From the IMG/VR virus record IMGVR_UViG_3300031873_001030: a stretch of 64,000 bases of DNA. The stretch is one strand, 5' to 3'. This stretch comes from a virus. Its lineage: Duplodnaviria > Heunggongvirae > Uroviricota > Caudoviricetes. Shown here piece by piece: positions 55,301 to 62,345 of the stretch (position 1 is its first letter; every line of letters starts with the position of its first letter). Both the position numbers and the translations under genes were made by a program. The notes below the pieces were generated by a model. That model had not been told where the DNA came from and did not search any database. It saw only the letters and a list, made by a program, of their open reading frames with translations.

Positions 55301-58300
55301 TAGTGGTAATATTGGTGATACTTTTGAGGCAGGTAGTAGTAATCCTAATATAAATAATGGTATATATCCAAGTCTGGAAGTCTATGCATTTTATGGTATG
55401 CGAACATTTTTGTTGTGGAATTTGTCAATAATACCAACAGGTGCTACAATAGTTAGTGCTAATTTGTCTTTATATGGGTATGATATTGCACATGGTGGAC
55501 TTGGTTCAAGATTGTATAATGCATATAATACATCTACATATACTCTCAATGATTGTGGGCAGCAATGGATAGAAGGAACAAGGAACCAGTCAGCTAATGT
55601 GACCTGTAATGAATTGGTATATAACAATCAGCCATCTTTGAATATTTTACAGGATTCTATTTGGACTGGAACTACAAGTAATGTTTGGTTATCTTGGAAT
55701 GTGACAAACGCCACTATATCAACTTATTCAAATACAACCAATAAAAATATGAGCATAGTAATAAAAGAAAATACTGAAGTTGACAATATTTATTCACTTT
55801 TCTTCTCAAAAGAATATACAGGTAACATAGCATTAAGGCCACAATTGAATATAACATATGCATTGCCTTCTCCTTATATTGCTGGAAGTTTATTCAATTG
55901 GGTTAATTTCACGTGGCAGAACAATTCCATAATTGCTGGAAACATAATAGGTTGGAAGATATATTTCAATGATTCTTTAGGGCATGAAAATGTGACTGAG
56001 ACATATAACTTTACTATTGAGAGTAGCAAACCGATAATATCCCAGAATCATACTTGGCAAGGTACGACATTGGAAGATGATAATACATTTACATATTCTC
56101 CAACTTTGAATGTCAGTTTCCAGATTACTGCATGGGCTTATGATTTGAACATTCTTACTGCGACATTTGAATTTAACGGAGTCAATTATACAAATTCAAC
56201 AACAACTAGGGTCTATAATAATACAAATAATGTGTTCTGGATTAACTTCACTTCGATGAAAGCTGGCAATTATAATTTCAGGTGGTATGTCAATGATACT
56301 GTAGGTGGATGGAGCAATACAAGTCAAGTTGTATTGGCAATAGGTAAAGCTACATTGGTTGGAACAATATCCTCTCCAGATGTGTATTTTCCTGCTGACA
56401 TGTCACTGACTGGTTTGGAAAGCAATGCAGGAGATGTGGATGTTGCATATCAGACTTGTCTAGGTGATGCATGTAAACCTGGATTAGGACCAAATCTTTT
56501 TGGTTCATGTTGTGAATATCCTGCAGATACTTACACTTGCAAATTCAATACGACTGGAGCTGTCTTTGAGAATTATACTTCAAATGCCAACATAGCTACA
56601 GATTCTTGTACAATCAATAAAGGAGGACTTGTAGGAACAATAACAAGTCCAGATGTAACTTATCCAGCTGACTTATTTTTAACTGGTTCAGAGAGCAATG
56701 TAGGTGATACAGATGTCACATATCAGACTTGTGTCAGCAACATATGTAAGGCAGGTTTGGGTGCGAATAGTTTTGATATTGGAGGAGGAACATATAATTG
56801 CATATTCAATACTACAGGAGCTACTTTTGCAAATTGGACGGCAAGTGCAAGCATGCAGACTGACAGTTGCACTGTAAACAAAGGAATATTGACAGGAAGT
56901 TCTTCATCACCAGCAGTGACTTATCCTGCTGGATTGACAGCGACAGGAACTGAAACTAACACAGTGGATACTGATGTCGCATACAGGGAATATTGTGAAT
57001 TAGGAACAAAAGGAGTTTTGATGGGTTCTGCCTTAGGTGGAAATCCTTCAGGAACTGTTGTGCTTGATGTAGGGACATGGACATGCAAGCTTAACACCAC
57101 AGGCGGACCATTTGCCAATTGGACTGCATCCGCAAGCATAGGAACATCTGTTGGAATAGTAAGCATAGGAACATTGACTGGGACTATATCATCTCCAGAT
57201 GTCACTTATCCGACTGATATGACAATCACTGGAATTGAGACTAATACTGGTGATAGTGATGTTGCTTATAGGACTTGTTTAAGTGGCAGTGGTGAATGCA
57301 AGTCAGGAAAGGGACCAAATACTTTTGATTATCCTCCTGGAACTTATAGTTGCGTATTTAACACTACAGGTGCGGCATTTGCAAATTGGACGTCATCATC
57401 AAATATTGCTACGGATGTGTGTGTCATAAACAATGGAACGCTTACAATACAATTGTCAACACCAACTCCTATAACTTATGAAGCTGTAGCTGGTATCGAA
57501 GGATGGATTACTAATAACGCTGGAGATGGTGGATGTACTTATATCTTATTGAGGAATGGCACTCAAATCAATACCAGTATTCATGTCACTGATAACACAA
57601 TACTAGGTGCTGGATATTACAACTATACTTATTATACAGCAGGTTGTGCAAATTATACTATCAATAGGCTTGCTGATGTGCCATTGACTGTGAATCAGAA
57701 AAATGCATTTGTAAGAGTCTATCCATGGACAGGTCCTATAACATATGAGACAAGTGTATTTCAATATTGTACATCCTTATCTACATTGGTAAATTGTACG
57801 ATGTACAGGAATGGAACTACAGTTACGAATGGAACGAATATAGTATTAGGAGTTGGAGCTTATCTTTTCAAGGCTAACATATCAGATGCTGCCAATTATA
57901 CAAATTATGATGACTTGAATATTCTGACTGTCGATAAAAAACAGTTGGCAGCAAATTTATGGATTAATGGTCACTTGAATCAGAATACAACTGTGGTTCA
58001 AACATTCCCATACATTCCTAAATATGCGACTTCAAATGCGACGAATATCAATGGATTGAGTGGTTCTCTATATAGAGATGATGCACCTGTTGCAGGTGAT
58101 ACTGATACAATTCCACCTGTGCAAGGAACATATAAATACAAGGCCAATGCGACTGGAAATGTAAATTATACAAGCGATTCTGTAGGGCAGACATTTTATG
58201 CAAGTGTCATCTCAGCTCACAACATAACAATCTCAAGTCCAGTAAATGGAAGTTCGATTGGGATATTGCCAAATACAAATAAGAGTGTCCAAATAAATTA

Positions 58301-60647
58301 TACGGTTGGAAATCCAGTTTCAATTGTTTGCGCATATGCGATAGATGCTGGAATCAATACATCATATCGTGTAAATATGCTGACATGTGAGAATGTGACT
58401 TCTATTGGCATAAGTCAGATTGGGAGCCATAACTTGACAGTAGCTGTTTGGGATACGTTCTTCACTACATATAATGAAAGCAGTGTCTTCTTTGACATAG
58501 ATTTTGTCAATCAGTGGATTGTGACTAATGGCGGTGGTGTTGTGCTGACTGATGGAAATGTATCATTTTCAAATGGAACGTATAGCTTTAACTTGTCTAC
58601 AACTAATGGAACGTTTTCGACAAATACATCTCTGCTTCCGAAAGGTAATGTGTCAGCTACATTCAAAGATTTTGTGACGTATGCAGATAAAACTGTATAC
58701 TACAATGTGACTAATGAGACTCAAATTTCTACAACTATTGTTCTTTCATTTTCTGGAGTCACTATAAGGGTATTTGGAGAAGATTCGCTTTCTCCGATAA
58801 ATTGGTATAAAGTGACGATGACAAATGGGACTGCAAGCACTGGAGCGTATACTACGCAATTGACAGTTGGAAAGGGAAATCCTGGGGGTTACTTGATAAA
58901 TTTCCTTGATGATGATATCAATACTTATGAGAGCAATCTGAATGCCTTGTTCACTTATGAATTTGGATTTACAAATGCGACATTTGCATTGACATATAAT
59001 ATATCTGATGCTGTTGGAAATAGCACCAATCTTACATTGAAGATTTATAACAATACAGTAGGTGCATGGGATACTGTCTTCAATCTGACAAATTCTGGAA
59101 ATAGTGGAGGAATCACGACAAGATATTTCACGATAGACAATAGTCCGTCGATATATGCAAATTATGGGGACATATTCACAAGCTGTCTTGGAACATATTG
59201 CCCATTGTTCATGATGAACATGACACCAGCTGGTTCTGCAGTGATAAAAGTTTATGAGATGAGATTGACAGAACCATATACTTATGATACAAACGGATTT
59301 GCACAGATTAATTTCACAAAGTTCCCGATTACTAGCGGAACTAGCAGATTCATGTTTCAATCTCCTGTATATGCTTCATCATTGAATAATTATGGACTGA
59401 GGACTTATTTCATAAATCCATCTGCGATGGCTACGATAAATTTGGATGCATATCTTAGTAACTTATGTTATATACAGCAGTTCCAAACTGTCCAATCTAG
59501 TTTGGCTACTACAAATCCTATTCCAGTTCCTGATGTGTTGCTTACATTGATGAAGGTATTTGGAACTGAATTGAAGATAGTCGACCAGCAGAAGAGCGAT
59601 TATTCTGGCATTGCAAGATTGTGTGTGGAAGCTGGTTATCCATATACTATGACTTTTGTGAAGAGTGGATATCAGACACAGACTGCTTATGATGAAGTGT
59701 TTTCAAACGCTGGTCCTTATTATGTCAACATGTTTACAGTGAACGCAAGCGATTACTTTTCAAACCCATATTCTACAAACATTTCGATAACTCCTGCAGA
59801 TAATTATATACACAATTCTACAACAATCTATACATGTGCTGTACTGGCTCCATATAATCCATGGGGACCTTCTGGAAATGTATTACTCTCATCTTTCCTT
59901 AGAATATATCATTCTTATGAGTTTGCTGCATATCCTCCAAACATATCTTCAGCGTTATATCCACCAAGTTCTGGATTCTGTAATGGTACTGCTCCATTTT
60001 GCACTAACTATTATACAAATACGACTTGTGCAGCAGTTGTAGGATGTAATTGGGTAAATTGGATTGTTACTGGTGCTTGTAATGGACCACCAACTTGCCT
60101 TAGTCATCTGAAAGAATCAACTTGTTTGAATGAGACTGGATGTGATTGGACACGTTTTGGACCATTTGGAATATCAACATTGCATAATTCGACATTGGTA
60201 TCTAATCAGACTTCAACAAATCCGCTTGGAGCTATATTCACTTATGGATTGAATGAGTCTGGAACTTACAACATAACTTGTGGAGGATATTTTCGTGTAG
60301 TGAATGATACTTCAATCTTCAATGCGACTGGGAGTATTATCGAAATTTCTAAGCAGAGGGTAATATGGGTAGAACCTACTGGAGGTGGAATAGCTGGTGC
60401 TGGAAAAGACTTGATAGGAAACATAAGCGAATCTGCGTTATATTTTGTAGTGCTGATATTGGATATGATTATAACAAGTTTCTTTGTCCGTCACTTTGGT
60501 ATGAAAAGTGCGTTTATATTCCTTGTAGTATGGGCTATGGCAATGGTGATATTAGGAGGTTGGGGTTTCAATGCACAGACTGGAGTATTCTCAGTTGGAT
60601 TTTTGTTATGGATAGCACTCATGTTCTATCCATATAGGAGGGAATAA
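49389..60647 (+). CDS. giant surface protein (3752 aa) with DUF285/BspA-like repeats, internal duplications, dense N-X-S/T sequons and a C-terminal multi-TM anchor (exact start uncertain)
   Basis: N-terminal signal-anchor ITSLIFALALIGTFGYLFI; about 14 tandem 26-aa repeats FN.NIS.WNT..VT.M..MF..A (DNA about 51790-52930); duplicated blocks TYTNFG...LFWW and QNHTWQGTTLEDDNTF...; C-terminal three-TM tail. Confidence 0.7.
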   Translation: MHWKHLLTHKSLFLEGIRISIRLSKATVKITSLIFALALIGTFGYLFISNVSNKVSGDSYNDINMSDIVNNTIVTASSYSNYEYEVTKNVYKTYFQDNINSGEAVRFEKDGYYFIYDLSGGKIQWAEQDGNPTKTKSIGAILSSPISLAGDKVYYNDAFAYTNVSYLILNDMLKENFILSSSLPIDDTYLYLEYTGEIKHSDSLMIYANDKNQTEKNFVTQGKIEFKDVNGTTIFFLPAPTVTDSNGKSEYGFYDIKISSGKIAFNLRVNSTFLKNAAYPVYIDPTIRTFNDTLSSKNLTFIWNQNQTLYISIPKNAIVTNAYLNLSGFPAQNNVNFFDPLDNGNYISSTNAIVSGGQITLNRQNNTGESFTSPPCSEIQYIGGTVPGTYATAQSFRASGVYLSYIKVKFFNQVTATLSIRSSLAGANLVSTSVASGDERYYEWYITNPPALTVGNTYYIVLTWSSDGSNYGGLRQACYNYLYPNGTYYAYLLSSWNTEPNGAYYDHAFETKYWEYDTSNYVNSVAIDTTSYYLNATLTKSDNIPAGTSITYYLSSNGGASWEQVTSGINHTFSNIGQDIRWRGVLTTNSDRSSTPTLYNMTVNASQGYWPMNPYLDISGDGDVEWNYTGTFNQSNNRTANLSSEINTYLSTCTPTSGNCTMPLVFHSDTAGIIQVSDINITYNVPFISVWNTSKAGTSNSTQIELPLYNGGTYAFTVDWGDGTTDYITSYLNDNHTYATAGVYVVNIAGTINGFRFNNGGDRLKIINITQWGDLNVGNSGNYFHGCANLNSNATDNLNLAGTTDLSNMFYSATSFNGSISGWDTSGVTSMYTMFYGASNFNSNISSWNTGNVINMEYMFYTASSFNQNISNWNTGKVTSMLSMFHGATSFNQNISNWDVSKVTTMSDMFHSATSFNGNISGWNVVNVTTMYDMFHSATSFNQSMSSWNTGNVATMFSMFYGATAFNGNISGWNTGNVNNMVAMFYNTPFNQNIGNWNVSSVTTTYQMFYSASIFNQNISSWNTSKVITMSEMFRGASAFNQNISNWDTSKVTTMTNMFYDATSFNGNVSGWNIGNVTTIDYMFRGATSFNQSMNNWNTSKVTTMYAMFYGASNFNGNISNWNTSNVIAMDYMFYNTAFNQNISSWNTGKVASMAGMFQSAASFNQNLSSWNVSSVTNAANMFLSVTLSTPNYDSLLVGWGSRVEKNATVFSGGNSKYSAAGLAGRNNLTGIYNNWTITDGGPVDIINPTYTNFGSDYTNNTAVNGGSILTYYAKWIDNIQLDKCVNSSKINTSGSWTNGTWASAGTGNWTNYTVKFPAEVGSNYTVKIYCNDTSGYMNVTGTLFWWAESFVITQNHTWQGTTLEDDNTFAYSPTLNVSFQMTALNFDNGTFEFDGANYTISTNPKVYNNTNGVYWINFTNKKPGNYNFKWYASTISGIWKNTSQVTLIVTKAYPAFSNSVTTPINYLTASDYASNGNNLGCDDCTYYTKRNGTQICVGACSDTTVLGASAYNYTIYTAGGENYTSGQSELDLTVNKIILSGTINSPDVTYPTGMSITGSESNTGDGDVAYQTCLDNVCTLGKGPNTFNYGANTYTCKFNTTGATFENYTASASIAIDSCTINKGTSLSLSINSNVTSPITYPIPSSINGSGCVFGAGYGTDIVCTLYRGNSTWSGTGNDTAILGAGIYAYNYSTPGGTNWTATSASNYTLIVNRGSLSLSINSNVTSPITYPTPSSVNGSGCAGSDVVCTLYRGNSSWSGTGNDSAVLSAGVYAYNYSTPGGTNYSAASAVNYTLVVLGNTPPTYSYFGATVPNNTVVVGGSVVTYYAKWSDDVQLDKCANSSRVNNSAWVNGTWVSPGTGNWTNYTVAFPSERGSNLTIRIYCNDSVGQMVETGTLFWIIDYYPYSNSTGQASNSIPSGTNNTLFSKLFAGGGGTTLSWAWLSTNETGAWKNYTITNYTYYSVILNESNSGNIGDTFEAGSSNPNINNGIYPSLEVYAFYGMRTFLLWNLSIIPTGATIVSANLSLYGYDIAHGGLGSRLYNAYNTSTYTLNDCGQQWIEGTRNQSANVTCNELVYNNQPSLNILQDSIWTGTTSNVWLSWNVTNATISTYSNTTNKNMSIVIKENTEVDNIYSLFFSKEYTGNIALRPQLNITYALPSPYIAGSLFNWVNFTWQNNSIIAGNIIGWKIYFNDSLGHENVTETYNFTIESSKPIISQNHTWQGTTLEDDNTFTYSPTLNVSFQITAWAYDLNILTATFEFNGVNYTNSTTTRVYNNTNNVFWINFTSMKAGNYNFRWYVNDTVGGWSNTSQVVLAIGKATLVGTISSPDVYFPADMSLTGLESNAGDVDVAYQTCLGDACKPGLGPNLFGSCCEYPADTYTCKFNTTGAVFENYTSNANIATDSCTINKGGLVGTITSPDVTYPADLFLTGSESNVGDTDVTYQTCVSNICKAGLGANSFDIGGGTYNCIFNTTGATFANWTASASMQTDSCTVNKGILTGSSSSPAVTYPAGLTATGTETNTVDTDVAYREYCELGTKGVLMGSALGGNPSGTVVLDVGTWTCKLNTTGGPFANWTASASIGTSVGIVSIGTLTGTISSPDVTYPTDMTITGIETNTGDSDVAYRTCLSGSGECKSGKGPNTFDYPPGTYSCVFNTTGAAFANWTSSSNIATDVCVINNGTLTIQLSTPTPITYEAVAGIEGWITNNAGDGGCTYILLRNGTQINTSIHVTDNTILGAGYYNYTYYTAGCANYTINRLADVPLTVNQKNAFVRVYPWTGPITYETSVFQYCTSLSTLVNCTMYRNGTTVTNGTNIVLGVGAYLFKANISDAANYTNYDDLNILTVDKKQLAANLWINGHLNQNTTVVQTFPYIPKYATSNATNINGLSGSLYRDDAPVAGDTDTIPPVQGTYKYKANATGNVNYTSDSVGQTFYASVISAHNITISSPVNGSSIGILPNTNKSVQINYTVGNPVSIVCAYAIDAGINTSYRVNMLTCENVTSIGISQIGSHNLTVAVWDTFFTTYNESSVFFDIDFVNQWIVTNGGGVVLTDGNVSFSNGTYSFNLSTTNGTFSTNTSLLPKGNVSATFKDFVTYADKTVYYNVTNETQISTTIVLSFSGVTIRVFGEDSLSPINWYKVTMTNGTASTGAYTTQLTVGKGNPGGYLINFLDDDINTYESNLNALFTYEFGFTNATFALTYNISDAVGNSTNLTLKIYNNTVGAWDTVFNLTNSGNSGGITTRYFTIDNSPSIYANYGDIFTSCLGTYCPLFMMNMTPAGSAVIKVYEMRLTEPYTYDTNGFAQINFTKFPITSGTSRFMFQSPVYASSLNNYGLRTYFINPSAMATINLDAYLSNLCYIQQFQTVQSSLATTNPIPVPDVLLTLMKVFGTELKIVDQQKSDYSGIARLCVEAGYPYTMTFVKSGYQTQTAYDEVFSNAGPYYVNMFTVNASDYFSNPYSTNISITPADNYIHNSTTIYTCAVLAPYNPWGPSGNVLLSSFLRIYHSYEFAAYPPNISSALYPPSSGFCNGTAPFCTNYYTNTTCAAVVGCNWVNWIVTGACNGPPTCLSHLKESTCLNETGCDWTRFGPFGISTLHNSTLVSNQTSTNPLGAIFTYGLNESGTYNITCGGYFRVVNDTSIFNATGSIIEISKQRVIWVEPTGGGIAGAGKDLIGNISESALYFVVLILDMIITSFFVRHFGMKSAFIFLVVWAMAMVILGGWGFNAQTGVFSVGFLLWIALMFYPYRRE

Positions 60648-60649
60648 TC

Positions 60650-61099
60650 ATGAAAATGATATATAGGAAAGCAGCATCGTTGACTTTATTATTATCCATA
60701 TGGGCTGGAATAATAGGAGTTGGTGTATTGGCATATCCAAGCGGATATAAATCTACTTGGGACCAGATACAGACAGTATATTCAAATCCAGTTGGTGCAA
60801 TTCCAGTGATAATTAAGAATGCATTTTCAGCAGGGAATCTTGGTATGTTTGGAGGATTGTTAGTTGCTGGAGCAGTATCTGCAGTGATATTTACAACTTC
60901 TGTCTTGGGTGGTGGATTTTCCCAGCTGTTTGCAATTCCACTATTGATTATATTTGCAGTTGTCAATATGTTTGTCTTGCCAACGACTCAGATATTGTCA
61001 GAAAGTGGTGCGCCTTATGCAGTGCAGGTAATCTATACGCTTTTCATAGGGACACTTACTATTTTGACGGCATTGACATTCACTTCAGGTAGACCATAA
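60650..61099 (+). CDS. polytopic membrane protein (149 aa)
   Basis: 4-5 hydrophobic helices; ATG 3 nt after the giant gene stop. Confidence 0.45.
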   Translation: MKMIYRKAASLTLLLSIWAGIIGVGVLAYPSGYKSTWDQIQTVYSNPVGAIPVIIKNAFSAGNLGMFGGLLVAGAVSAVIFTTSVLGGGFSQLFAIPLLIIFAVVNMFVLPTTQILSESGAPYAVQVIYTLFIGTLTILTALTFTSGRP

Positions 61100-61149
61100 G
61101 AGGCAAATGATATGAAAAAAGAAGATACAGAGAAGGAGGGAATGAGAAA

Positions 61150-61425
61150 ATGGTAGTATCTTTTCCATTCTTATGGGATGAATTGATTCAACAATTGTTA
61201 CTTAGTGTGACAGGTAGCCCATTACTTGTTGGTCTAATCGGAATATTTTTCATCGGAGTGTTAGGATTGGCAATGAGATTGACATTAGAGATACAGCTAA
61301 TTGCGATGTTCTTTTTTATAATGCTAATTGCTGTCGCATATATACCATGGATAAGTGGAGTTGTGCTAATTGTAGCTGGAATATTCGTTGGAATGTTTTT
61401 CTTTTACACGTTTTTCAGAGGATAA
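61150..61425 (+). CDS. small membrane protein (91 aa)
   Basis: Three hydrophobic helices. Confidence 0.4.
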   Translation: MVVSFPFLWDELIQQLLLSVTGSPLLVGLIGIFFIGVLGLAMRLTLEIQLIAMFFFIMLIAVAYIPWISGVVLIVAGIFVGMFFFYTFFRG

Positions 61426-61615
61426 TATGGAATTTGAAAAAGAATTGCAGTGCCCAAGATGCAGGACAAATTCACTGATAGATATAGGTGATTGGGATGA
61501 TGAGAATCTTTTCAAGTGCGTGTCTTGCAGATATTGGTTTCTGGAATCTTACATAAGAGGAAAAAATAATGATGCGTTGTGTCTGCATGAAGTGCCGATA
61601 GGAGATTTAAAATGA
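61388..61615 (+). CDS. zinc-ribbon protein (75 aa)
   Basis: CPRC...CVSC. Confidence 0.35.
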   Translation: MECFSFTRFSEDNMEFEKELQCPRCRTNSLIDIGDWDDENLFKCVSCRYWFLESYIRGKNNDALCLHEVPIGDLK

Positions 61616-61830
61616 AATATCTGTACAACAAAGTTTCAGAAAAAATAGATGAGCTGATAAGGAAGAGCCCGAAGAGGGAGTTGGATATGGAATTATTGAA
61701 GAGGAGTCTTCCAAATAAGATAAGGCTTACAAGATTTGACGTATTGAGCATTGTGAGAGAAATGGAAAAAGATGGTTGTTTCGTTATCGATGGCAATAAA
61801 CTCAGAAAGGAGGTGAAAACCGATGGTTGA
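61612..61830 (+). CDS. hypothetical protein (72 aa)
   Basis: ATGA coupling to the upstream gene. Confidence 0.3.
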   Translation: MKYLYNKVSEKIDELIRKSPKRELDMELLKRSLPNKIRLTRFDVLSIVREMEKDGCFVIDGNKLRKEVKTDG

Positions 61831-61979
61831 ATACATTGTGAAAATATATAAAAGGAAAAGAGACGGAACTCTGACTGCTAATCTTGTGAGGCATTCTTAT
61901 AAGAAAGGAAAGGCTATAAAGATGGCTAAAGTCAATATTTGATGAATTAAGATATAAAATAGTGGAGGTGAAAAAGAAA

Positions 61980-62054
61980 TGGCAAAAAAATGTTCAAATA
62001 AAGGAAAATTACTCAAAGTCAAGGGAAAAGTTCCCAAAGGTTGGAAAAAATGAA
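61980..62054 (+). CDS. 24-aa Lys-rich micro-ORF (MAKKCSNKGKLLKVKGKVPKGWKK), copy 1 of a tandem duplicated module
   Basis: GGAGGTGA 7 nt upstream; ends ...GKVPKGWKK-TGA with a downstream ATGA-coupled MKEL ORF. Confidence 0.3.
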
Positions 62055-62092
62055 AGAGTTGAAAAATATAAGATGATGGGGGTGAAAAAGAA

Positions 62093-62206
62093 ATGCAAAA
62101 ATGGAAAATTGAAAAAAGCAAAGTGAAAAAATTGAAAAAAATGAAAGGGAAATTTGATAAGATTGACATATATGAAGGAAAAGTTCCAAAAGGTTGGAAA
62201 AAATGA
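62093..62206 (+). CDS. 37-aa Lys-rich micro-ORF (…EGKVPKGWKK), copy 2, followed by an ATGA-coupled 48-aa ORF (62203-62349)
   Basis: GGGGGTGA 7 nt upstream; the same 37-nt tail GGAAAAGTTCC[C/A]AAAGGTTGGAAAAAATGAAAGAGTT as copy 1. Confidence 0.3.
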   Translation: MQKWKIEKSKVKKLKKMKGKFDKIDIYEGKVPKGWKK

Positions 62207-62345
62207 AAGAGTTAGGAACTGTGAAAAGAGGCAAGGTGAAGATATATTCAGAGAAACAGATGAAGTATCTTCATTTTAAGGAATTGCCTCACACTCACTA
62301 TAAGTATGTTGGAGGAAAGTTAATAAAAAAGAGGCATATATATAC

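Noticed and set aside
49458-60966. Numerous antisense or alternative-frame ORFs inside the giant gene (e.g. 53418-53723 -, 58746-59360 -, 56921-57205 -)
   Set aside because: All lie within the uninterrupted 11.3 kb sense ORF, which has a coherent repeat architecture. Their translations are low complexity and lack start signals.
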